From positions 1 to 61,640 of the IMG/VR virus record IMGVR_UViG_3300045747_000506: a DNA stretch of 61,640 nt; one strand, given 5' to 3'. Shown piece after piece: positions 1-10,132 of the stretch. A program made the position numbers and the translations under genes. Below the pieces are notes generated by a model. That model was not told where the DNA came from, made no database searches, and saw only the letters and a list, made by a program, of their open reading frames with translations. This DNA is from a virus (taxonomy: Duplodnaviria > Caudoviricetes). Numbering within the stretch: position 1 is the stretch's first letter; each line of letters opens with the position of its first letter.

Positions 1-226
1 AAAAGAATCCGCACATCCAATACCAGGAGTTATTCTAACCGCTTCTCCAGTAACAACATCAATACCATCAGTAGTATTTCTTATTTTGTGTTTTACTACT
101 ACTGTAGCAGACCCATTGTATCCAGCAGCTCTAGCTATTATTTTATAAGTTCCAGCACCTAATTGGAAATCAGTATTAGTTCCTCCTGTACCAGTAAAAG
201 CACTAGGATTTAAAACTATTCCTGTA
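1..226. repeat. Terminal direct repeat (assembly circularisation overlap), left copy
   Basis: 1-226 matches 61415-61640 except C99 vs T61513; lies inside a CDS. Confidence 0.95.
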
Positions 227-3200
227 GCATCTTTTAAAGTATTTATATACCGTGATACATAAGTACCTGCTACAGATGCTTGTCCTGAAGCCCCAGATGT
301 AAACTGTCCAGTGATAGATGCTGTTCTAACCATTAAATTAGGTAGCGAAACTAAACTAGGTGATTTTGAAGCTGTAAAAGTAAAATATCCATTACCAAGA
401 ACAGTGGAGTCAATTCCTGTAATTGATGCATAAGGAACTTCAACTTCTATTGTCAATATCCCTGTAGTAGGAGAGTATTTATGAATACATCCAGTATATG
501 CGGAACCTGAATTTCCTTGTCTATAATCATATGATGAAGGACTTATTTTACCAGTACCGAAAAAAGCATCTACTTGTCTAGATTGTAATCCAGTACCGAT
601 CATAATATCAAATCTAGTTGGAAGTGCAGTAGTAGAAGCCGAAGTATAACCTACTCCAGTTACTAATATACCATTTGTATTCATACTAGAAGTAGTTTGA
701 GTAGGAGCTACTGTATTTAAAACTGTTGCAAAATTATTAGAAGCATTTTTTAAATAAGTATTAAAAGTACCTATAGCATCCGAAGTTGTAATAGCAGTAG
801 TCTTAAACACAAAACTCATTGTATCTGAACTTACTTGTTGAGTTGGGGATGCTGTAGCGTTGTTATCGGCTGTGGCAAGAATTGTAACTAAGTTAGACGT
901 TGTTGTACTATTTCCGTTTTTAGCATAAAAAGTATCCCCTGCAACAACTTCAAAACTAGCTGAGGCTGATGCTATATAACTATTAGTCGCTACAGACCAT
1001 CCTTGTGCCATCACCGTACTATTTTTATAAACTTGAGCAAATGCAACACTCACTCCCCCTAGAGAGGCACTTACGTTAACATTGGCATTCTTTAAAGCAG
1101 TATATATACCCGTAGTTGAATCATATTTATATATTCCAGTATTTGAATTTTGAGTCAATGCTCCACTAATAATTGCAGTACCGAATGCTGTACTAGAACT
1201 TAAAAATGAACTCTGAGTATCAGTAATCTTCATATTCACAAAAGGAGTTACGTCTACTGAGGTTAAATTAGGCTTACCGACTTTTGAGATAGTGAATTTA
1301 GCTTCCACTGTTCCATTAGAACCAGTTGCCGTTCCTTCAGTATGGGCACGTATTATATCTCCAGCATTTAATTGCCCCGACCACGAAACTTCGCCAGGTA
1401 AGTTTGCCGCTGAGATAGCAAATGCTGCCAACAATGAAGATGGAACTGTTAATGATTGAGGAGAAATAGTTCCCTCTGAACTATTCTTAGTTATCCCCAA
1501 CATATTTCCACCAACAAAACAGTCAGTATAAGAAATATTAAAATTACCATCTACGTTTATTTTAAAATATCCACCTAATGCAGCATCGTCTGTATAGATA
1601 ACATCACTACCTAAGTTCTGTACCATATTGCTAAATCTTCTAATTTTTGTATTAGTACTCCCATACCCGTTTGCAGTACGTAGTTGAACACAAGAATCCG
1701 ACTGACTCCATTGTGGTAAAACATTTGAAAAATTTGCTGGGATTGAGGTTTCTGTTAAAGATAGAGATAGTATATTTAAAGCATTAGCGGTAGGAGCTAC
1801 ATCAGCACCTATTCTTATTTTATCTCCAATATTAACATCAAAAGTACAGGACATTATTGAAGGATAGTTTAAAGCATAGACACTCCCTCTACATTGTAAT
1901 TCAGAAGTTGTTGGAGTGGTAGTTAATATAGATTGATTTTTAGATATGTAAGTAAACATACCAGCCACACCAAGAAGGTTTGCTTGTACTGAAAGTTTAC
2001 CAGCTTTATTCATCTGTACTACTGTACCATTTACAGAAGGTGTACCAATAATTGTCCAAGCATCACCTTGAGTAATGGCTTGCGTATCAAATTTAACGAT
2101 AAAAGTATCTGTACTTCCTCTAGCACTAGCACCTTCAAATCTTAATTGGTGAGTTGGTATGGTGATTTTAGAGTCTGAAGATACGTTGAGTTGTTTCAGG
2201 GAGCCTTGTTTAGAGATTGAGAAATGTACTGGAGCGACAACATACGGAGTAGTTGCAGCATCAGTTTGTATTCTTATAATGTCGTTTACATTTAAGTACC
2301 CTGTCCATGATAGTTTTTGAGGGAGCCTTGTAGAAGATATACTATTTGATCCAGCTATATCTAGTATAGATGCCGATGGTATTGAAGAAAATCCAGCTAT
2401 AGTTAAACTTGCAGAGTTTAATGTGAAAGCTACGTTAGTTCCTGTAGAAGTGTCGGCAAGTTGAGAGTAATTTAAAGTATAAGTTCCAGCAGTAAGTGCA
2501 GTCCAACTATCTCCGAATACTGAATCAGATACATATTTTATATCTGATCCAGTATTTGATGCTAAATTTGTAAGTCTAGCTACTCCAGTATTTGTTGATC
2601 CATAACCTGTCCATCCATTTAATGCCATATAACTATCAGGAGTCTGAACTAATTGAGCTGAAGTAAGAGGGATTGTAGTAGTTGTAGAATTATTTTCACT
2701 CCATCCTTGTACGGGTATTGGCCCTGTCTCAAAAGAAAACGCTTCAGTGTTTGCAATCATTGATCCAGCATTTGCCTTTGTAAGAGATGCATTACTTGTT
2801 CCTTGCATAGAAAATGTAAAATAACTTTTAGAAGGTTCAATTAAAACATAATTAGATACTGCTGCGGAGTTTGCTCTAACTAGTATTCCAGCATATCGTA
2901 TTGTAGAAAATGCAGTTGAAGTTAGACCTGCTGGTAGAGATATTTGAGCTTCAGCAGCAAGCGTAGTCCCAGAAGTCCCTTTAAATTTAACATATAAATC
3001 AGAACCTTTTCTTTTATAATAACAATCTAATCCAGACATTGTACCAAAAGAACCATTGGGAGAACTTGGAGTAAAAGAAGTCCAATCAAAATCATTGATT
3101 ACAGGTATTGTAATACTAGTACTAGTTAAAGCTGTAGCTGTTAATTGTACTACAATATCATCTAAATATGATTCTGTATTAGCTTCAACTACACTTGGAA

Positions 3201-5502
3201 TAGTATAAGACATACTTAAGCAATTAGCTGGTACGTCAAAACTAAATGACTTTCTATTCACTAAATCTGAAATTCTAATACCTGTACTAACACCTGTAGC
3301 GGCTTGAGATAGAGTAGCTGTTAATGTAGAAGTATTTAAAGCTGTAATTGTTGTACCAACTGGAATAGCACTACCTGTAATTACCATACCTACTTTAAGT
3401 GTATTAAATGCACTTGTAGTCATTCCCGTAAGAGAGGTAGAAGTATTAGCTGTAGTAGCCGTTAAAGCTTGAGAGTTTGTAGCTATTGATTGAGATGCTG
3501 CTAAAGTTGTAGCGTTAGTTTCATCTGAAATTAATATGTTTAAATTTCCTGAAGTAGCCGAAGAAACTACGTCTAAATTTAATGTTAAGTTTTTACCTCT
3601 AAACTTTTTATCAACTGCAATTACTTTTTTGAAAGATTTAATTGAAGTTGAATGTTGAAGTCTGAATGATTTTGTACCGTGAAGAACTGGAGCAGTTACT
3701 AATTCAAGTCCAGTTTGAGTGTAGTCAGTTAACGTAGAAGAGTCTGCTTGATCTGTTGATAATATATCTACTGACCCTACTCCGCTTCCTCCCCCACCTA
3801 CTGCACTAAGAGCTCCATCCTTAACAGTAAAAAATTCTTTAGTATCACTGGCCCAAACTAACTCCCCGTTTTGAGCAGTAGTTGCGTATGTAGTTAAGTT
3901 AGCTTTTGTATCCTTCTTAGGGTCAAGTCTACTTGGATTTTGAATACTTTTATTTGTTAAATTTTCTACTCCTGTAGGAGTTGTGTAGTCAGTGCCTGCC
4001 ACTAAAGCAGACTGTTTGGCGTTCCAAGTGGCTTTCTCTGTATCAGTAGCAAATCTATGAGTCGCATCTTGAGTAATATTTGCAGGATTGCTTGTGTCTA
4101 AGTTCGGAACATTTGAAAGTCCTACTTGAGTTTTAGTTAGCCCTGTCAACCCACTACCATTTCCAGTTGGAGCTAAATAATCTGTTCCTGCGGTAAGTGC
4201 AGACTGTTTTGCTGTCCATGCCGTTTGTTGAGCATCTGTAGTAAATCTATGAGTAGAATCTTGAGTAATATTTGAAGCTACTGTAGCATCCACATTAGGT
4301 ACATTATCTAAATTAATATTAGTTTTAGCATTTGTTTTCTGAGTTCCAGTTAATCCTTGAGCTGCTGTATCTACTCTTAGTCTATTTCCTAACCCAGTTG
4401 CAACCGTAGAAGCAAAATTGGCATCGTTACCTAAGGCCGTTGCTAATTCGTTTAAAGTGTCGAGTGCAGTTGGAGCAGAAGCTATTAACGCATTTATTGC
4501 AGTTGTGATATCTGCTGGAGTTGCTTTAGAGTTTAATTGAGTTTGAATAGCACTAGTTACTCCATGAACATAACTAAGTTCAGTGTTAGTAAGAGTCCCA
4601 ATTTTTAAATTTGGAATATCTACACTAGTACCATCAACTGTAATTTGATCTACAAAAGTAGTGCTTCCAATATTTTTAGTTCTAAAAATTACCTTAGACC
4701 CATTGGCCAGTGTAGTATGATTTTCTGTAGCTAGAACTTCTATATTAGCAACTTCAACTTCTGCCCCAGTGTCGTTAGTAGAGGTGAAAGATTGTTTTGC
4801 AATTGTGTCACCACTCTGAACTTGGCCAACACCAGTTACTCTTTTCTTTCTAAGAATTGTTTTTACTCCAACTGTATCGTCGCTAGCATGTTCTGCTTTT
4901 ATACCAGTTCCTGTTACGTGAAGAGTTTCCTCTGGGGATTGAGTACCAATTCCCATTTTACCGTCTATCAACCGCATCCACTCAGAAAGTGTAGATGCTC
5001 CTAAAGTTACACCTTCAAATAATATTTTTGACCCATAGGCAGAACTTGTTACATCATTTTGAGATAAAGATCTTATTCTAGCTTGTAGTCTTTGAGTATC
5101 TGCATCGTCATTTCCTACGAAATCTACTTCACCTATAATATCTCCAGATTTTGTCTGGTTTCCGCTAGGTCTTTTCTTAAATAATTTTAGTACTGCTCCG
5201 ACTGAATCATTACTACTTTTTGTAATTTGGAATAAACTACTAGTAGCTGATATGGATGCAGATCCAGTTCCTAAATCTATTGTAAAAAGTTGTATATCAA
5301 TAGATCCAGTGTATATTTTTAATGTCCATGAAGTGGGGTCATTTGTGGTATCAACCCAGCATCCCCCTGCCTGTAAAGCAGATGGTCTAGAAGTGCCACT
5401 CATTCCTGAAACAATAGCATCTTTAAAGTTAAGTAGTATTGTCGCTAGATCTATTCCCGATTCAACATAAGGATTTAATGAAGTAAATATTGATTGGCTC
5501 AT
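1..5502 (-). CDS. Giant tail fibre / receptor-binding protein, 5' part (continues across the junction to 61274; ~1880 aa total)
   Basis: ATG at 5502 with AGGAG RBS (MSQSIFTSLNPYVESG...); frame reaches base 1 and joins in frame with 61414-61274; DTLNELATALGNDANFA fibre motif; tandem beta-sandwich modules; directly downstream of TipJ. Missing from ORF track because the stop is across the break. Confidence 0.88.
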   Translation of the reverse strand, partial: MSQSIFTSLNPYVESGIDLATILLNFKDAIVSGMSGTSRPSALQAGGCWVDTTNDPTSWTLKIYTGSIDIQLFTIDLGTGSASISATSSLFQITKSSNDSVGAVLKLFKKRPSGNQTKSGDIIGEVDFVGNDDADTQRLQARIRSLSQNDVTSSAYGSKILFEGVTLGASTLSEWMRLIDGKMGIGTQSPEETLHVTGTGIKAEHASDDTVGVKTILRKKRVTGVGQVQSGDTIAKQSFTSTNDTGAEVEVANIEVLATENHTTLANGSKVIFRTKNIGSTTFVDQITVDGTSVDIPNLKIGTLTNTELSYVHGVTSAIQTQLNSKATPADITTAINALIASAPTALDTLNELATALGNDANFASTVATGLGNRLRVDTAAQGLTGTQKTNAKTNINLDNVPNVDATVASNITQDSTHRFTTDAQQTAWTAKQSALTAGTDYLAPTGNGSGLTGLTKTQVGLSNVPNLDTSNPANITQDATHRFATDTEKATWNAKQSALVAGTDYTTPTGVENLTNKSIQNPSRLDPKKDTKANLTTYATTAQNGELVWASDTKEFFTVKDGALSAVGGGGSGVGSVDILSTDQADSSTLTDYTQTGLELVTAPVLHGTKSFRLQHSTSIKSFKKVIAVDKKFRGKNLTLNLDVVSSATSGNLNILISDETNATTLAASQSIATNSQALTATTANTSTSLTGMTTSAFNTLKVGMVITGSAIPVGTTITALNTSTLTATLSQAATGVSTGIRISDLVNRKSFSFDVPANCLSMSYTIPSVVEANTESYLDDIVVQLTATALTSTSITIPVINDFDWTSFTPSSPNGSFGTMSGLDCYYKRKGSDLYVKFKGTSGTTLAAEAQISLPAGLTSTAFSTIRYAGILVRANSAAVSNYVLIEPSKSYFTFSMQGTSNASLTKANAGSMIANTEAFSFETGPIPVQGWSENNSTTTTIPLTSAQLVQTPDSYMALNGWTGYGSTNTGVARLTNLASNTGSDIKYVSDSVFGDSWTALTAGTYTLNYSQLADTSTGTNVAFTLNSASLTIAGFSSIPSASILDIAGSNSISSTRLPQKLSWTGYLNVNDIIRIQTDAATTPYVVAPVHFSISKQGSLKQLNVSSDSKITIPTHQLRFEGASARGSTDTFIVKFDTQAITQGDAWTIIGTPSVNGTVVQMNKAGKLSVQANLLGVAGMFTYISKNQSILTTTPTTSELQCRGSVYALNYPSIMSCTFDVNIGDKIRIGADVAPTANALNILSLSLTETSIPANFSNVLPQWSQSDSCVQLRTANGYGSTNTKIRRFSNMVQNLGSDVIYTDDAALGGYFKINVDGNFNISYTDCFVGGNMLGITKNSSEGTISPQSLTVPSSLLAAFAISAANLPGEVSWSGQLNAGDIIRAHTEGTATGSNGTVEAKFTISKVGKPNLTSVDVTPFVNMKITDTQSSFLSSSTAFGTAIISGALTQNSNTGIYKYDSTTGIYTALKNANVNVSASLGGVSVAFAQVYKNSTVMAQGWSVATNSYIASASASFEVVAGDTFYAKNGNSTTTSNLVTILATADNNATASPTQQVSSDTMSFVFKTTAITTSDAIGTFNTYLKNASNNFATVLNTVAPTQTTSSMNTNGILVTGVGYTSASTTALPTRFDIMIGTGLQSRQVDAFFGTGKISPSSYDYRQGNSGSAYTGCIHKYSPTTGILTIEVEVPYASITGIDSTVLGNGYFTFTASKSPSLVSLPNLMVRTASITGQFTSGASGQASVAGTYVSRYINTLKDATGIVLNPSAFTGTGGTNTDFQLGAGTYKIIARAAGYNGSATVVVKHKIRNTTDGIDVVTGEAVRITPGIGCADSF

Positions 5503-5523
5503 TTATATATCTCCTAATAGTAA

Positions 5524-8500
5524 CTATATAGTATTTGTGCTTCTAGCACCCCATCCCCTAGCCGCTAAATCGAATTGACGACTAACTTGTGCGTTAGATA
5601 CATCATAGAATATAATTTCTAAACTAGAAAGTGTCTTACTAGATATAACGTATCTATCTCCAGATTGCGCTGCATCTTGTGTGATTTGTATATTGGGAGA
5701 AGTACCTGGCCCTTTAAAGGGAGTTGAATAAGTTATAACTGTAGGAGTAGAAGCAGAGGATATAACATTATTATATATGTCAGTGCGTGAAGGCATGTTG
5801 GCTACTATTTTTGCATCTGATACTTTTGGAGTTGTGCTGGCCTTAAGACTGATTAAGTGTAATCGAAATTGGAACACTCTCCCAGTAAAGTCACCAATGG
5901 AGAAAGACCTCCACTCAGTATATGCACTAGAAGACCCTAGTGCCATTGTATCTACAGTACTAAGCAACCCCCAATTAGCTAGTGTGCTTATAGTGTTGGT
6001 TGCACGATATTGTGTTTCTACATCCCAATCAGTATTTCTAGAACTACTAATTGATGCCATAGTGCTTAGTGGAGTCCAACTTGACATTAAATCTGCAACT
6101 GTAAAACCAGATGCCAATATTGAAGACTGTAACCTAACTGTATAAATGTCACCTAAATCTAGTAGTGAGTCGAAGTAATAATACCCATCTGAAAAGTATT
6201 CATTAGTAGTTATCCCACCAGAAACTTTATTTTGAATTAACAGCTCATTTCCCAGTTTATATGTCTTATCGAATACTCCCGTTAATGTTGGGAAGTCATC
6301 TATCTGAGATATTAGATTTAAGTTTGTCAAACTTGGAATTGATGTTATTGCAAATGCCGCAGAATTAGATTCGTTTCCATTCCAATCAATCGCCTTAATT
6401 AAATACGTTCCAGTTCTGGCCTGGGCCTGGGCCATAATACTTGTACTACCAGTTTTTAAAAGCTGAGTTGATGACTCCCAGTACCCATTTGTAGAAGGAG
6501 AATATCTTATTGAATATTGTTTTATGTCGGTATCTAAAACTAGCGGCCAAGTAAACTGAATAACCTCACTAGTTATATTTATATAGAGGGCCAATACATC
6601 GCTCGGTGGGGTAGTTTTTGAAACTGGAGTACAGGTTACTGCTGTAACGGCTCCTAGATCTAACTTAGTTCCGTTTGCACTTACCGCTAAAACTTTAAAA
6701 CTATATAGTGTACCTAATTTAGTTGAGTCCACTAGCACACGATAGTTTGCGTTCCTTGTTACACCGTATAAGTCAAAACCTGTTCCGCTATTTACGTAAA
6801 CTTCATACGCTTCATACGTCCCACCAGTTGTAGGGTAATTCCAATCTAGGTCTACAAAATATTGATACCCACTTCCAGTAAAATACCAAGAGTTACTTAG
6901 TACTTCTAAACTTCTAACTGGACCAGGAGGAGTAATGCCTTCTACTAATGAATTAGTGATTTGAGGAACGTATGCTGGAAGAATCATTGAAGATTCAGCA
7001 GCGTAAACTCCATCTGCTTTTTCTACTAATAGTAATTGTGCCGTTAAATCAGAGGAAGGATTTATCGCCTTAACGATACAGTCTAAAACTATCTCTCCAA
7101 CTTTACCTATTACAATTAAGTCTCCCTCACTTGGGATAGTCCCATTTACAATAAAAGTTTTAGAGTTAACTACACTTAAAGTATTAGTAACAATTCCTGA
7201 AACCGTTCTGGCAACATAGCCGTAACTAACTCCAACTTCAGTAGTAACTCCATCATCTGTAGTAATTGTACTTCCGCTTACAGATGATACTCTAGCTGGC
7301 TGCCCACCTGCCATCATCACATCTTGAGTTATTTGAACATAGTCCCCACGACTACAAACTAAATATTCAAAATCTACCGTAATAGAAATTTGCTCTTGTC
7401 TTAAAATATTTTGGGCCATCATGTAGCGGCCATATCTCCAAGCTTGCTCATAATTAGTACAAGCAAAAGAAGGTAATGGATTAAAAATTACTGCATTGGA
7501 AGAGTTAAATCCATCACTATATACAATTGCTTCTGAAGAGGCCCATGCACTATTTTGATCGATGTATGTTACTTTAACTGCATCGGGAGAGTCGGGATAA
7601 TTTCTTGCAGATGCGAAATTGCTAGAGTTTCTTGGAGTGAAAACTTGAACTGGAACTGTCTTTAACCTATCAACTAATACTCCATATTTTCCATCTATGA
7701 TGTTCAAACTTGCTTGAGCAGAGTTAGCCACTGAGTTTAAAATATTTTGTAGTGTGGTATTAAAATCTAAAATAAAATTTGCCTCAAATCTAGGCATTGT
7801 GTATGTAGATCCAATTGGGGCCGTAGGTACTTGGTCACAATAGTTTGCCCATTCGAGGAGGGAGGGTATATCTAATCGAGATTTCGCTACGGCCTTTTTA
7901 TTTACTTCTCCAGTTAATAAATCTGCAAAAATCCAAGCTGGATTATTTGTAGGTCTTTTAACCCATGTATTTGTGGTAGTATCATAAACATCTAAAACAG
8001 ATGTACATACCGCAGATAAATTCTGAATAGCTCCATTTAATTGTCCAGTTGCTTTTATCTTTAACTCTAAAAATAAGTGTCTTTTTTTAGTTATAATAGG
8101 TACTGTATCAAATCGTGTAACCACTTCATAAAGTGTAAGTAGATCTACTATTTGAAAAGTTGCCGAAGAGGTTGAAGACGCTCTAGTAATCTTTACTTTA
8201 TATTCTCCAACTTCTTTTGGAGCAAATTTAAAAGTTGCATACACTGGAGCATTATTACTTCCAGTAATGTTAGAATCCCCACCTGGAGCTATCTGTCTCT
8301 GAGTAAGTGGATAGTTAACAGTTATTAGTCCAGAAGGAACATGTACAGTTATTATAATGTAATAAGTTTTTGTTAGCGGCCTATCCAAAACAATTACTAC
8401 AGTGCCGAAAGCTGGGGAAGAGGTATTATTATAGTCGGAATGGTTGTGGAAAGATGCTATTCTTCCTATGAATTCCCCACCCAAAAATACGTAATTTCCT

Positions 8501-9765
8501 ACGATAGGTTTTTTAGCAGTAGGTGGGTTTGAAGGATGCACCCAAGCGTAAACAATAGAAGTTCCTTGATTGTAATATCTAGCCGAAGTATAAGTTCCAG
8601 TTTGTGTAGCATCTGCTGCTGATTCATCAAATGTTAAGTCAGAGAAAAATATGTCAGACCCTCCAAGATGACTGTAGCTGGATACGTAAGTTAGATCGTT
8701 ATATGCCTTTCCTTGGGTGTTAAAATCCTCTCCCACTTTACAGAAAATAATATTCATATTTATTGTTCTGTCGTGCCTAGTACCTTGAGTATCTATGGCG
8801 TAAAGCCCACTAGGGCAAACAAAATCTATACTTATTTCTTGAAGATAGTTATTTGGATTGGCTTGGCAGTTTCTTTCTGCTGCATATTCAGAATAAACTA
8901 CTCCTGCATCACTTAAGTTTTTATTTAAAACTATATTTGTGGAGTCTGTATGGACTTGCCCTTTGTACCACTTCATATCGGATGAAACAAAATCATCCCA
9001 AACTCCAGTAGAGATCGCAGGTTTATTTAAATCGAAGAAGTTGAAGCTGTAACCTGTATAACTATTTAGTGGAGTATTCCCTATATAAATATTTCCTTCA
9101 CTGATTGGAGCTATAGGGCCAAAACCAAAATCGTATATAGCGTAGAAATATTGAACTAAATCTCCAGTTGCTGGGTTAGTCTCTAGTACCGTATAGGGAG
9201 AAGCAGCTATCATTGGGAACATTTTAAATGTACCGTAGACTTTTGGCACGTTTCCAAACTTAGAAATATTGTTGGCCTGTCCTGTAATGGCATACATTTG
9301 AGAAGAGTTCGCAGCATTACTACCGAGTCCAAGATTACTTCCACCAAGAGATGGTGGGGGAATAAGAGAGTTCATTAAAAGAGACGCTGCTATCCCAGTA
9401 CCTGCCATTGCAAAAGCGTATGTAAAAGGATTGTCCACTGCAAATTCTGGTCCTAGAAATACAGATACGGCGACTACTGCTGCCAGTATTGCTACCTGTT
9501 TGAACATTTGTCCAAACTCTCCACCTCTAATAACGGGAGCTATTAAAATATTAGAATTTTCTTTTACTGCACAAAATTCCCAAAAACCTGCTGGTATTAC
9601 AACCCCATCTACCAATACGGTAAAGTGTTTTAATACGTTATCATCATCTGGATTTAAATTATTTTCTTGGAGAGATCTGCTTATTAGCTCAGTTAGAGTT
9701 TCATTCTCTTCGTATTTTATTTCAATCTCATTACTTGAGATTGCATTTAATTTTAATTTAATCAT
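5524..9765 (-). CDS. Central tail tip / host-specificity protein (TipJ-like) with N-terminal ubiquitin-like gpI domain and FN3-like domains
   Basis: VPKVYG, TNNPAWIFADLL, FEANFILD, EQAWRYGRY motifs; N-terminal domain ending IAPVIRGG followed by hydrophobic segments. Confidence 0.9.
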   Translation of the reverse strand: MIKLKLNAISSNEIEIKYEENETLTELISRSLQENNLNPDDDNVLKHFTVLVDGVVIPAGFWEFCAVKENSNILIAPVIRGGEFGQMFKQVAILAAVVAVSVFLGPEFAVDNPFTYAFAMAGTGIAASLLMNSLIPPPSLGGSNLGLGSNAANSSQMYAITGQANNISKFGNVPKVYGTFKMFPMIAASPYTVLETNPATGDLVQYFYAIYDFGFGPIAPISEGNIYIGNTPLNSYTGYSFNFFDLNKPAISTGVWDDFVSSDMKWYKGQVHTDSTNIVLNKNLSDAGVVYSEYAAERNCQANPNNYLQEISIDFVCPSGLYAIDTQGTRHDRTINMNIIFCKVGEDFNTQGKAYNDLTYVSSYSHLGGSDIFFSDLTFDESAADATQTGTYTSARYYNQGTSIVYAWVHPSNPPTAKKPIVGNYVFLGGEFIGRIASFHNHSDYNNTSSPAFGTVVIVLDRPLTKTYYIIITVHVPSGLITVNYPLTQRQIAPGGDSNITGSNNAPVYATFKFAPKEVGEYKVKITRASSTSSATFQIVDLLTLYEVVTRFDTVPIITKKRHLFLELKIKATGQLNGAIQNLSAVCTSVLDVYDTTTNTWVKRPTNNPAWIFADLLTGEVNKKAVAKSRLDIPSLLEWANYCDQVPTAPIGSTYTMPRFEANFILDFNTTLQNILNSVANSAQASLNIIDGKYGVLVDRLKTVPVQVFTPRNSSNFASARNYPDSPDAVKVTYIDQNSAWASSEAIVYSDGFNSSNAVIFNPLPSFACTNYEQAWRYGRYMMAQNILRQEQISITVDFEYLVCSRGDYVQITQDVMMAGGQPARVSSVSGSTITTDDGVTTEVGVSYGYVARTVSGIVTNTLSVVNSKTFIVNGTIPSEGDLIVIGKVGEIVLDCIVKAINPSSDLTAQLLLVEKADGVYAAESSMILPAYVPQITNSLVEGITPPGPVRSLEVLSNSWYFTGSGYQYFVDLDWNYPTTGGTYEAYEVYVNSGTGFDLYGVTRNANYRVLVDSTKLGTLYSFKVLAVSANGTKLDLGAVTAVTCTPVSKTTPPSDVLALYINITSEVIQFTWPLVLDTDIKQYSIRYSPSTNGYWESSTQLLKTGSTSIMAQAQARTGTYLIKAIDWNGNESNSAAFAITSIPSLTNLNLISQIDDFPTLTGVFDKTYKLGNELLIQNKVSGGITTNEYFSDGYYYFDSLLDLGDIYTVRLQSSILASGFTVADLMSSWTPLSTMASISSSRNTDWDVETQYRATNTISTLANWGLLSTVDTMALGSSSAYTEWRSFSIGDFTGRVFQFRLHLISLKASTTPKVSDAKIVANMPSRTDIYNNVISSASTPTVITYSTPFKGPGTSPNIQITQDAAQSGDRYVISSKTLSSLEIIFYDVSNAQVSRQFDLAARGWGARSTNTI

Positions 9766-10123
9766 TTACAACTCGATAATAATTTACAATTAATTTTTTC
9801 CACTTATTAATAGAGTCAATATGAGATCCTAAAGCAATAGAGGTATGGAGCATCTTCCCATCTCCAAGATAAATTGCAATATGTGACTCCACTCCAAAAA
9901 GTTTAATCAATACAATATCCCCAAATTCAGGATTATCTACAACTATAAAGTCTCCAATATTAGTGTATATTAAATTTTTTGTAGTGTCTCTACTAGATGG
10001 CAGGTCGTCATAATACCTTTTTAACTCTATGCCGTATGTCAATAGGTAAAACTCTCTGGCTATATCCCAGCAGTTTAGTTCAGAATAACTTATACCAATA
10101 AGTTTGGAGTATTTCGGAGTCAA
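9758..10123 (-). CDS. NlpC/P60 tail-tip assembly protein (gpK-like, no JAB domain)
   Basis: LNCW, GDIVL, HIAIYLGDGKMLH motifs; position before TipJ. Confidence 0.88.
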   Translation of the reverse strand: MTPKYSKLIGISYSELNCWDIAREFYLLTYGIELKRYYDDLPSSRDTTKNLIYTNIGDFIVVDNPEFGDIVLIKLFGVESHIAIYLGDGKMLHTSIALGSHIDSINKWKKLIVNYYRVVND

Positions 10124-10132
10124 TAATTCTCC

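Noticed and set aside
1-330. Diversity-generating retroelement target in the fibre tip
   Set aside because: Only one mismatch, no reverse transcriptase and no separate template repeat seen
1-5502. Non-coding region or stop-codon recoding suggested by the empty ORF track
   Set aside because: A single minus-strand frame is open; its stop lies across the contig break. Genes elsewhere use TAA, TAG and TGA normally
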